Positions 56,027-64,000 of a stretch of 64,000 nt of DNA are shown piece after piece. The notes below the pieces were generated by a model, which made no database searches, was not told the DNA's origin, and saw only the letters and a program-made list of their open reading frames with translations. Source of the stretch: a virus; the IMG/VR virus record IMGVR_UViG_3300037262_000003, positions 1 to 64,000 of that record, one strand, 5' to 3'. Position numbers and translations under genes: made by a program. Position 1 is the stretch's first letter, and every line of letters starts with the position of its first letter.

Positions 56027-56938
56027 GTGCCCATCTTCGCAAGCCAGTTTGGCTATGCCAACGCCTATGACCCGATTGGACTTGATACGGGCACGCCATC
56101 AGTCGGTGCCACTCTAGGCAAGTCAGCCAAGGCTTCACCTACTGAGCCCGAAAAGGTAGGTGCCAGTGTAGGAGCATCAGCCGCAGCGTCAGCAGCAGCG
56201 GAAGCGGCAGCGTCCAACGCTGCCAACCAGCAGCTATCCAGCTCTAACGGCAACGCAGGATCGACATCACTGGCTAACCAGGGCACACTGAACAAGCTGA
56301 CCCGTATGGAGTCAATGACTGCCGGGGCCACTAACGCTCCCCTCTCTGACCCGCAGACGAACACTTACAGGTCAGATAGCGACATGCTTGACACACCGAG
56401 TGGCCCGACACCAAAGGAAGCCACTGTTAGCGCCCCGGCAAAGTCGTCTCACACTCTTGCTGCATCGTCAGGTGGCGGGGGATTCTTCCACAGCATTGCC
56501 AACGGATTCGACACTGCCCGTCATTCTGTGTCAGCGGGAACTGACTGGCTCATGAACACCAACGGGACTAACCCCAGTAGCCCGAACAACATGGGATCTG
56601 CCAAGACATACGCACCTCGCGGCACTACTGACTCAGGTGTGACAGAACCTTCCAATGTGTGGAACCCATCTCAGTACACCAACACTCCAAGCCCGAGCGG
56701 CAATGGAAGTGTGATGGCTGGCGTGTCCAGCCCTAGTGCTATCGCTGCTGAGTCAAGCCCGCGTGCCATCGGCATGAACGGTGCCTACAATGAGCAGCAG
56801 TTCGGCCGTCTACAGCAGGCACGTAACGCAGCGCAGTCCCAGGTCGATGACAATGACGCTCCTGGCTGGATGCAGGACATCGAGAATTTCGCCAACAGCC
56901 CGCAGGGCAAGCTTGTAGGAGCAGACGACGACGGCTAA
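56027..56938 (+). CDS. S/A/G/N-rich hypothetical protein on the opposite strand within the tail operon
   Basis: GGAG RBS + GTG 56027; fills the gap between the tape measure and tube-initiator genes. Confidence 0.7.
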   Translation: MPIFASQFGYANAYDPIGLDTGTPSVGATLGKSAKASPTEPEKVGASVGASAAASAAAEAAASNAANQQLSSSNGNAGSTSLANQGTLNKLTRMESMTAGATNAPLSDPQTNTYRSDSDMLDTPSGPTPKEATVSAPAKSSHTLAASSGGGGFFHSIANGFDTARHSVSAGTDWLMNTNGTNPSSPNNMGSAKTYAPRGTTDSGVTEPSNVWNPSQYTNTPSPSGNGSVMAGVSSPSAIAAESSPRAIGMNGAYNEQQFGRLQQARNAAQSQVDDNDAPGWMQDIENFANSPQGKLVGADDDG

Positions 56939-57730
56939 TCACTTCTTCTTGGTGGTCTTCTTCGGTGGCACATAGTTCTTTAGGTTCCCGTAAGGGTTAA
57001 GAACTCCCTGTGCCATCGCCCCATTGGAGAGATAACTGCTTGACGTGCTTGGCAGCATCTGGAATGAGATGTCAATCGTCGCACGATAGGGCACCATGTT
57101 CTGGGTGAATGCCGTGTACGTAACGTCCCACTCGTTGATGAAGCCGTAGTATCCCAGCCTGTTCTCCTGTGCCATGCGAGTAGCGTTGGCACCCACATTC
57201 TGCCCGAAGTACACCCAAGAGAAAATGTTCATCATGACCCCGCCCTTGTTAACGGTCGGGGTCTTTATCTTTGTCGTGCCGGAAGCCAGATTCGACAGCA
57301 TACCGGTGAACTGCATGATCTGCACAACGTCAGACTGCACGCCAATCAATGAAGGGTCGTTGGACGTGCCGTTTGGCTTATTGTAGTTGACTTCATACGT
57401 GCGGTCGAAGTACAGTGTCCATGACACTGACTGGGACAGCGGAATAGCCAGAACGGAACTAGCCCCAGGAGCGTTGTAAAGCATGGCTGCCTGGGCCTGG
57501 TTCGATTCAATGGAGAACGCAGCATAGACCTGCTGAGGATTGTACATAAAATTGAACGTAGCCCGGCCACCGTAGGAGCCTCCGGTGTAACCCAGGTTAC
57601 CTCCGTTGACATCCCAGATCATGTAGCCCTTCTGGAGGTTAGGCGTCAGGCCCATGGCCCGGTCCTTGGTAGCCGATAGCTGCTTAGCAAATGGCGGCTG
57701 TGTGATTAGGGCCTGTGTTGCTGTAGCCAT
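56939..57730 (-). CDS. Tail tube initiator / baseplate hub-associated protein
   Basis: F.F.YNP, L.FDR, V.YT.F...MVP.R motifs typical of contractile-tail tube initiators. Confidence 0.7.
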   Translation of the reverse strand: MATATQALITQPPFAKQLSATKDRAMGLTPNLQKGYMIWDVNGGNLGYTGGSYGGRATFNFMYNPQQVYAAFSIESNQAQAAMLYNAPGASSVLAIPLSQSVSWTLYFDRTYEVNYNKPNGTSNDPSLIGVQSDVVQIMQFTGMLSNLASGTTKIKTPTVNKGGVMMNIFSWVYFGQNVGANATRMAQENRLGYYGFINEWDVTYTAFTQNMVPYRATIDISFQMLPSTSSSYLSNGAMAQGVLNPYGNLKNYVPPKKTTKKK

Positions 57731-57918
57731 TGCTCGCGGGCCTTTCGTTCGATTTCAATCATCTCTGAAGCCCAGTTTACATAGTGACGGCGTATCCTTA
57801 CGGACATCCCCATTAGCTCGTTGAAGCCCCAGCCCGTGAAGTACTGGGACAACTCCCCCACGTCCTGAATGGTCTGCTTGTAGTTCAGACCCTTAAACGA
57901 AGCCGAGGAGGAGGTCAC
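57706..57918 (-). CDS. Tail assembly chaperone C-terminal (gpT/gpE'-like) ORF
   Basis: L...F.GW...E...M..R.R..Y pattern; overlaps the upstream chaperone in the +1 frame. Confidence 0.6.
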   Translation of the reverse strand: MTSSSASFKGLNYKQTIQDVGELSQYFTGWGFNELMGMSVRIRRHYVNWASEMIEIERKAREQWLQQHRP

Positions 57919-58729
57919 GAAACAGATCCACCATGCTGAGTGCCAGCTTCACTTCCTTCTGGCACTCCTCATGCACGAAGCTGATCACGTTGTAACGCGG
58001 GCCAGGCTGACGATCGCTAATTGCTTCGACAAGATTGTGACGGTCTGGGATGTTCATCTCTGCGATGGCACCAGGGAATGCCTGAACGTGAATGCTCGAT
58101 CCGTCAGTACGCGTGATGGTCTTGACGCAGCGGCGTAGCATCTCGGAGTTACGCTCTGTGGCAGTCCAGTTCTTGTTGTCGCAAGCCTTCTGATCCACGC
58201 CCGTTGGGAATCGGACTAGGGCCTTGGCACCACGACGGAGTTCGATCTCGAAACCAGGCTCTCCGTATTCATTGGATTCCAAGGCGACACGTTCAACGCT
58301 GTCAGCGAGGGAGAAATTCAAATCACTCTGGACACCGCAGTGCGGGCAGGTCCATCCTTCGAGTTCAAAGTCAGGCCCGTACGTAGCCACACGGATCTGG
58401 ATGAGAAGCTCGTCACGGTCACCTAGCAAGAGGTTGGCAACACTGTCAGGAGTCGCGGGTATTCCCTGAATGTGCGTCACCCCACGGTTAAGCAGGGTGT
58501 CCATGAAGTGGAACGTTGAGTTAGATGCCATCGTCCTAGACAGGGCTTCCTCGTCAACGCCCGTGAGTTCCTTGACCTGAGCCGTCAGACCACTCGGAAG
58601 GTTGATCAGGTCACCGGGAGCGTTGGGGACAAGCGGAATGTCCTGGCTCCCGGTGAGCTGCGCGATAAGGTCGTTGACTCTGCTGGGGTTAGCTAGAGCT
58701 TCTTCTCGACTAATGAAGGTGTTTTCCAT
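57893..58729 (-). CDS. Tail assembly chaperone / T4 gp26-like baseplate assembly protein
   Basis: VKELTG.DEE, LL.GDRD.LL..IR..TYG, CPHC. Confidence 0.8.
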   Translation of the reverse strand: MENTFISREEALANPSRVNDLIAQLTGSQDIPLVPNAPGDLINLPSGLTAQVKELTGVDEEALSRTMASNSTFHFMDTLLNRGVTHIQGIPATPDSVANLLLGDRDELLIQIRVATYGPDFELEGWTCPHCGVQSDLNFSLADSVERVALESNEYGEPGFEIELRRGAKALVRFPTGVDQKACDNKNWTATERNSEMLRRCVKTITRTDGSSIHVQAFPGAIAEMNIPDRHNLVEAISDRQPGPRYNVISFVHEECQKEVKLALSMVDLFRDLLLGFV

Positions 58730-58754
58730 TTAATGCTCCAATTTCCTCTGTTAG

Positions 58755-59399
58755 TTAGAAGGATACTCCGGTGGTGACGTTGGTTCCTACTATGAGATCC
58801 CAACCCTCATGGGCCAGAGTCATCTGTGATACGAGAATCTGGTTTGCGCCAGCGTCAAGATCAGAGTAGGATACGGATGACGGCCATGCGTTGTAGACAC
58901 GGAACCATGCGTTGATAGGAGCGGCATAGCCCGTTACAGGATGACCGAGGATCTGAACGTCAACAGTCGCACGGAACTCGCTGCCAGGCCCGTTCGGAAA
59001 CTGGGCAGTATCATCAGTCGTAGCAGCAGCGGTGCCCTGCATGACCTGGAATAGCTGCTTGAGCCACGCCAGCTCGTACTGAGTGCCCACGGCAAGTCCA
59101 CGGCTCAGAACGATCGGGCTGAAGTCAGCCTGCCCAGGAAGCTTCTGAGTTACCGTGTTCATTGATCCGTCACGGTAAGCGATAACGCTCACAGTAACCG
59201 ACAGCCCAGACACAGACATGAATCCGACACTGATAGCACCGCCCGCAGGAGGTGTGATGCTAACGACAAACTTGAAGTTACGTATCGGGTCTGTCTGAAT
59301 GCGAGCCACACTGCTAGTCTGTGTGACCTGAATGTTACCGATGGCCGTAGCCCCTTTCACGAGTGCGATGCCTATGGCAGTTGGCACACACGACTTCAC
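58755..59399 (-). CDS. Tail tube protein (T4 gp19-like); start codon uncertain
   Basis: DP.RNFKF.V, GF..VSGL, YR.G...KLPG, I.L.RG, NAWP....SDLDA, L.HEG. Confidence 0.92.
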   Translation of the reverse strand: MKSCVPTAIGIALVKGATAIGNIQVTQTSSVARIQTDPIRNFKFVVSITPPAGGAISVGFMSVSGLSVTVSVIAYRDGSMNTVTQKLPGQADFSPIVLSRGLAVGTQYELAWLKQLFQVMQGTAAATTDDTAQFPNGPGSEFRATVDVQILGHPVTGYAAPINAWFRVYNAWPSSVSYSDLDAGANQILVSQMTLAHEGWDLIVGTNVTTGVSF

Positions 59400-59766
59400 A
59401 TTTGGCTATCTCGCGCAGGAGACGTGGCATAGCGTATGTCTTCATAGCAGCTACGTTTCCGGACTTCTCAAACCCTGGAAGGTGATCAAAGTCAAGAGCT
59501 TCCGGGTACCTATCGTACCCACAATCGGCACAGCCACTCTCTATCTTTATTCTATCTATAAATGCTTGACGGTCGGCGTAAGCTTCGGGAGAGATTCGGC
59601 AGTACGTGGGATCATCTTCCCGCTTACTCTTGCGCCAGTCTTTCTTCCATTCCAGCGTTTCATACGACTCGTGACGCCCGTTGTGGCCGAAGACGCGACC
59701 GCAGTAGTTACCACGCTTCATGCGATGGTTACAGCGGTCGCTGTCTTCTAGCTTTTCGAACGCCAC
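59335..59766 (-). CDS. HNH endonuclease inserted between the sheath and tube genes
   Basis: CADCG...LDFDH...EI.KCEVVCANCH. Confidence 0.85.
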   Translation of the reverse strand: MAFEKLEDSDRCNHRMKRGNYCGRVFGHNGRHESYETLEWKKDWRKSKREDDPTYCRISPEAYADRQAFIDRIKIESGCADCGYDRYPEALDFDHLPGFEKSGNVAAMKTYAMPRLLREIAKCEVVCANCHRHRTRERGYGHR

Positions 59767-59775
59767 GACAGTTCC

Positions 59776-61788
59776 TTACGAGCTAACTGTGGCTGACGAA
59801 CCTGAGGCCATCTGGGTCAAAGAGATCACCACGAACTCGGCAGGTGCTGCAAGCGCAACGGCCACGGTCGCGTTAACCATTCCTGCTGCAATTGTATTCG
59901 GTGTGTTCACTGTGCTATCGCAGATGACCTGGAAGGAAGTGCTCGGGGTATTGCCCGCGAGCAGACCGTCCTGCATCTCCGACGTTAGATAGCCCGTGAT
60001 GGCTGTTGACATGTTCGACCAGAGCACGGAGTCGTTGTTCTGGAATACAGCGAACGCTGTGATCGCCTGTAGGTCATGCTGGAGCTTCATCAACGTACGA
60101 TTGATGTTGATGTACTTGGCAGGGTAGCCAGCGGCAGTTGTCAGACCGCCGAAGATGCAGAACCCAGTGTTCGGCACGATCTTGATCGGGTTGATCTGAG
60201 ACGTCTCAAGGTTGCCTAGGTCAGTCGGTGTGAAGTAGGCTTCGAGTGCTACCGCTGTGACGCTCGTCTGAGTTCCAGCAGGAGTCTGAGCGACATTGTT
60301 CTGGTTGTCGTTGACTGCCCACTGGCCAAGTACAGCGCCTCCCGGCGGAACCCACTTAGTTGCAGAGGAAGTACCAGCGGCAGGGTCGATGATTGACATC
60401 CAAGGACCGTAGATCTGACCGTTCTGAGAGGCCGTCACTGACGATCCTGACTGGCCCGATGTCATAGTCGTGTATGACGCTGCGACTACGGCACTGGTTG
60501 TCAGTCCGCCATTGAACATTCCGTCGATCACAAGAGCGACATTACCCACGCTGTTAGCCCAGGTGAGTACGTTGTTGAGAAGTGTGTAGTTGATAGTGGG
60601 AGATCCGCCCTGCAAGCCAGAAGAATCCGGCAGGTTAAGGTTGAGGATCTGGTGACCCACAATTCCGGCGAATGATCCCTGCTGCCATGAGACAGACACC
60701 GTGGCAGTGCCCGAAAGAGCGCCGTACAGGTCAATGGCAGTGGTTCCGTCTGTGCCAGGGGTGCTTGAGATAACGGCAGGCTGACTCGGGCCGGTAGCTG
60801 TTCCCAGGCTGATCGGGGTAGCGATGGCGTAAGGGTCAGACACTCCTGATACGTACGATCCTGCGCTCGGGTAATTCGATAGGCGAATGTAAGCCGAACC
60901 TGACGTTGTGCTGTTGATCATGCCAGGAGCATAACGGGAGCTTGCAGGGTTAAGGGAGATGCTTGGCCAGATCTCTACGACGTTGGCTGCATTCGGGCCA
61001 CCCTGGTAGATCTGTAGAGTGAAGAGGCTAGTAGCAGAGCCGTTAGTCGGGGTGATGCTGATGAACAGGTTAGATCCCCATACGCCAGGGAACAACGAGG
61101 TAACCGTCATAGACTGTACGCCCGTGGTGTTTGTCGTCGGAGGAACTGCGCCAGTAGAGGTAGGAGGTGCGGTGATCGTCAGCGCTGTGCCAATGGCAGT
61201 CGGGCTGCCTACAGTCTGCTGACGAGTGTACGTACCGGAGCCGCCTACCTGAGTCGAGTAGCAGTACCAGCCCGTTGCGTTAAGATCCGTTGGCGGTGAG
61301 GGGATGGTGATCGTTGATGTAGAGCCCGTCGTCAGGATAGATCCTGACGGAGACGGAGTGGTCTCACCATTGCCCGTGACGTAAGTCACTTCGAAGCGAT
61401 ACGTACCGGCTGCGACAGTACCGCCAGAGGTAGCAGTAGTTGGAACTGGCGCAGATGGAGCCGAAAGCTCAGGGCCAGTAGTGTCAGCAACAGTCAAAGC
61501 AGCCTGCGTGGCATCGCTGTTAGGAACACGCAGGACGTAGCAGCCCGTGCCACCGTTAGCGAAATACTGGTACACGGCGTATGGAAGATAGCTCGCAGAG
61601 CCCGAGCTGAACCCTCCGTACAGACGCTGGAATGCCTGCCAGTTGGTGATAAACGTCGGAACAGTAGGACCCACGTTGTAGTTTGCGGCGAAGGCTGCAA
61701 CGGCCTCGCCCGGAATGTTACCGGCACTGACCGTAACAGGTGCTGGTACCTGGTTTACGTACACACCTGGGTAAGTGTAGGCGGTCAT
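59776..61788 (-). CDS. Tail sheath protein
   Basis: YPGVYV, YF.NGG..YV.RV, PPGG...G, INPI, YINI.R, PAEFV.I. Confidence 0.95.
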   Translation of the reverse strand: MTAYTYPGVYVNQVPAPVTVSAGNIPGEAVAAFAANYNVGPTVPTFITNWQAFQRLYGGFSSGSASYLPYAVYQYFANGGTGCYVLRVPNSDATQAALTVADTTGPELSAPSAPVPTTATSGGTVAAGTYRFEVTYVTGNGETTPSPSGSILTTGSTSTITIPSPPTDLNATGWYCYSTQVGGSGTYTRQQTVGSPTAIGTALTITAPPTSTGAVPPTTNTTGVQSMTVTSLFPGVWGSNLFISITPTNGSATSLFTLQIYQGGPNAANVVEIWPSISLNPASSRYAPGMINSTTSGSAYIRLSNYPSAGSYVSGVSDPYAIATPISLGTATGPSQPAVISSTPGTDGTTAIDLYGALSGTATVSVSWQQGSFAGIVGHQILNLNLPDSSGLQGGSPTINYTLLNNVLTWANSVGNVALVIDGMFNGGLTTSAVVAASYTTMTSGQSGSSVTASQNGQIYGPWMSIIDPAAGTSSATKWVPPGGAVLGQWAVNDNQNNVAQTPAGTQTSVTAVALEAYFTPTDLGNLETSQINPIKIVPNTGFCIFGGLTTAAGYPAKYININRTLMKLQHDLQAITAFAVFQNNDSVLWSNMSTAITGYLTSEMQDGLLAGNTPSTSFQVICDSTVNTPNTIAAGMVNATVAVALAAPAEFVVISLTQMASGSSATVSS

Positions 61789-61797
61789 CTAGTCTCC

Positions 61798-62547
61798 TTA
61801 ACCGACGTTGACCTGGCTGACAAGTCCCGCGCTCAAGACCCCTGTATTGAGCGCGATCCCAGCCGGGCTATCAAGATCGATATCGCCCAGATCGGAGTAT
61901 ACGGAGAGGTCAAGGTTTATCATGCTTACAGGAATAAGCGTACCACCCCAAGCCACAGAACTCCGAATGTCCTCTAGTAGCTCTGTGTAAAGACGCACAC
62001 GGTAGACCACCTTGAACAGACGCTTGCCGTCTTCATCGAGGCCATAGCCTTCTTCTGGTCCACCCAGGAGACGCATTGTTCTTAGTGTCCCGTTCTGTGG
62101 TACCCACATGGCACCCATCTTCGCAGGAAGACGCCAGAGTGTGGCAAGCTCAGCAATGAGAGGCTGGATGTGCTCGTTCCAGAAACGCCCGTACAGCGTG
62201 ACCTGGTAGTCAAGGTTGTACGGAGTTGGCGGGAACGGTGTGTAATACGGCGAATCCCGAGGGTCTAGCGCATGAGGATCAAACGCCGTGCCGAAAGCGA
62301 AAGGCGTCAGTCCTTCTGGCGTGTAAGGGATCTGCACCATCGCGCCCGACTGCATTCTCTCCTGGTCAGGATAGATACCAGCGTGCTCGATGATGATGAC
62401 AGGGTATGTGAGGTTAGCCAGCTCGTCCTGAGGCAGACGGAATCGCACGCCAACAGGACGACCTCCGACAGGAGCGTTCGTGTCTGTTACCGTGAGTCCC
62501 TGTAGACGCCACTTCATAACGGCGTCCTCATCGCGCAGCCATGGCAT
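61798..62547 (-). CDS. Tail terminator / sheath stabiliser
   Basis: Position upstream of the sheath; P.PYNL.YQV. Confidence 0.7.
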   Translation of the reverse strand: MPWLRDEDAVMKWRLQGLTVTDTNAPVGGRPVGVRFRLPQDELANLTYPVIIIEHAGIYPDQERMQSGAMVQIPYTPEGLTPFAFGTAFDPHALDPRDSPYYTPFPPTPYNLDYQVTLYGRFWNEHIQPLIAELATLWRLPAKMGAMWVPQNGTLRTMRLLGGPEEGYGLDEDGKRLFKVVYRVRLYTELLEDIRSSVAWGGTLIPVSMINLDLSVYSDLGDIDLDSPAGIALNTGVLSAGLVSQVNVG

Positions 62548-63092
62548 TACTGTGTACCCCCACCAATTGTGCTAGGCGGCCCGTTGGTAGTGTAAGGCCC
62601 GCCCGGAGCCCAGTCAGCGAACTGCGAGTCCCAGACCAGCTCGTCGGGCTTGACCTGTGTCGTGGAGATGGCAACGATGATGTCACGACGCTGCATCTGA
62701 CCTCTGACGGAGATCTGGCGTACTCGGAATACCTTCCTGTCGTACACCACGCGATCCTTCATGTAGTTGCCTGTCATGATGTCAGCGTAATCCATACCGG
62801 CCTGTAGCATCTTGCTGAACGAGACGATGAGGGCGGCGTCGTCGTTGTAGTAGAATCCGTTCTCAGACTCTTCGTTGGCACCTTCCACGTGCTCGATATG
62901 CATACACTGTAGACGCTGTGACGGCAGGTACATAAGCCCGTTGCCCGTAGGCTCGTCGTAAACGTCATCCATCTGAGAGTTGGCCTCATCGAAACGGAAG
63001 TAGTCCGCCCAGTCACCATCAACGGCCTGCCATCCGTCCATGGCACCGAGGATCTTGTCAGTCTCATAAATAGTCCGGATTAAATCTTCCAC
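62547..63092 (-). CDS. Head-tail joining (neck / head closure) protein
   Basis: Position; DDVYDE, DRVVY..KVFRV. Confidence 0.65.
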   Translation of the reverse strand: MEDLIRTIYETDKILGAMDGWQAVDGDWADYFRFDEANSQMDDVYDEPTGNGLMYLPSQRLQCMHIEHVEGANEESENGFYYNDDAALIVSFSKMLQAGMDYADIMTGNYMKDRVVYDRKVFRVRQISVRGQMQRRDIIVAISTTQVKPDELVWDSQFADWAPGGPYTTNGPPSTIGGGTQ

Positions 63093-63110
63093 GCTTGAAG
63101 TCCATGCGGC

Positions 63111-63344
63111 TCACCGGCTAACCACCTCCTTCAGCACCCACTCCGCGAACAAGCGTAGCTGTTCGGGCGATGCATCTCGTTTCATGCTGTTAGCCAGGTG
63201 GCTAATGACTTGGACATTACCTGGGACATACCCTAGGGCAGGGACGATGCGGTCAAGGCTTGGAGCATTGTGCCCTGGACCTCTTCCAGTACCAGGATAC
63301 AGGGAAATCCCCAAGACAGGGCAAACATCTGGGATGTAGAACAC
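63111..63344 (-). CDS. Short, possibly N-terminally truncated HNH endonuclease
   Basis: CPVLG...SLDRI.P.LGY..GNV.VIS..AN..K; lacks the N-terminal half seen in 28586..29080. Confidence 0.65.
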   Translation of the reverse strand: MFYIPDVCPVLGISLYPGTGRGPGHNAPSLDRIVPALGYVPGNVQVISHLANSMKRDASPEQLRLFAEWVLKEVVSR

Positions 63345-63346
63345 TA

Positions 63347-63691
63347 CTACTCCCAGTCCTCGTGATAGACGCGTGCCGGAATTATCCCACCCATCTTCTG
63401 GGCGAAACGCTCTCCGTCATCTGTGCGCTCTGGTGCGTGCATGAGCTGCCCGCCAGTTGCGGCCTGGGCGCGCTGGTACAGAGCTGTTCCTATTCCCCTG
63501 CCACGATCTGCCTTGTCGTAGACCTTTACCTCACCGATCTGCGGACGAGACTGGCCTGAGTCGTAGTTAGACAGATAGCTCAGGTGCGCCACGGGCTCGT
63601 CATTCCGCATGGCGAATACGTGGCCCGAGTTGGTGTCCGGGTCGTGGTGCTCCTCGAACTGCACACTGTTGAGGTGGTCTGTCGCTGACAT
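63347..63691 (-). CDS. GNAT-fold acetyltransferase-like protein
   Basis: RGRGIGTALY motif A; HAPERTDDG; N-terminal DHLNSVQF. Confidence 0.7.
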   Translation of the reverse strand: MSATDHLNSVQFEEHHDPDTNSGHVFAMRNDEPVAHLSYLSNYDSGQSRPQIGEVKVYDKADRGRGIGTALYQRAQAATGGQLMHAPERTDDGERFAQKMGGIIPARVYHEDWE

Positions 63692-64000
63692 TACTTCATC
63701 CTCGTCTTGTAACCCTTGTCGCCACGCTCTCCAAGGGAATCTCTTGCCTTCTGTTCATCAGGATTGCGGGCTGTTGACCACGAGTCGTGGACTGCATTAG
63801 GCTGTGCCGTAGGATTGTCACCCACGTCTACGGCAGGCAAGGGCATTCCTAGCCTTGCGGCTACTGCCGCCCGATGATGCCCGCCACCCTGGATCTGGTA
63901 GTTACCAGCACGGTCGTTGAACTTGACACCCACAGGAGTCTGAAAACCATTCTCCTTGACGTGCGACTCCAACTTGGACATGTACTCGGGCTCGCGGTTG
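63691..64000 (-). CDS. ParB/Srx-like domain protein (5' end probably outside the window)
   Basis: V..NGF..PV.V...GHHR..VA..LG. Confidence 0.65.
   Translation of the reverse strand, partial: NREPEYMSKLESHVKENGFQTPVGVKFNDRAGNYQIQGGGHHRAAVAARLGMPLPAVDVGDNPTAQPNAVHDSWSTARNPDEQKARDSLGERGDKGYKTRMK

Noticed and set aside
59335-59766. Group I intron around the HNH gene
   Set aside because: Sheath and tube reading frames appear intact and there is no spare non-coding sequence for a ribozyme core.
1-64000. Integrase, repressor, reverse transcriptase, terminase or major capsid gene
   Set aside because: No matching motifs seen in this window; head genes probably lie beyond the right edge.

Overview
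A 64-kb segment of a large lytic-type myovirus of Actinobacteria (WhiB, GGAGG RBSs, SigA-type promoters, contractile-tail genes; layout reminiscent of Bxz1/Myrna/E3-type actinophages). Almost all genes are on the - strand. From left to right: (1) an early/host-takeover region (1-13.9 kb) of small ORFs, with about 15 near-consensus TTGACA-N17-TANNNT promoters in the first 6.3 kb, many overlapped by inverted repeats, interleaved with promoter-driven non-coding structured RNAs including four non-canonical tRNA-like RNAs; (2) a nucleotidyltransferase / degenerate HAD / TGT-like operon, an endolysin and putative virion-internal proteins (13.9-23 kb); (3) an RNA repair and maturation kit (CCA-adding enzyme, Pnkp, Rnl1, plus a second RNA ligase), tRNA-Tyr and tRNA-His, and replication/recombination genes (Cas4-like nuclease, RecA, Pol A, SSB, SNF2 helicase, primase, DnaB) (19-41 kb); (4) baseplate, tape measure, tube, sheath and neck genes (43-63 kb). 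Best candidates for new biology: the dedicated-promoter set of tRNA-mimic/decoy RNAs together with the phage tRNA-processing enzymes, a small acidic early protein ending in the actinobacterial SSB tip DDEPPF, promoters embedded in hairpins, and a degenerate TGT/HAD plus nucleotidyltransferase operon. All calls come from reading motifs by eye; no database search or folding program was run.
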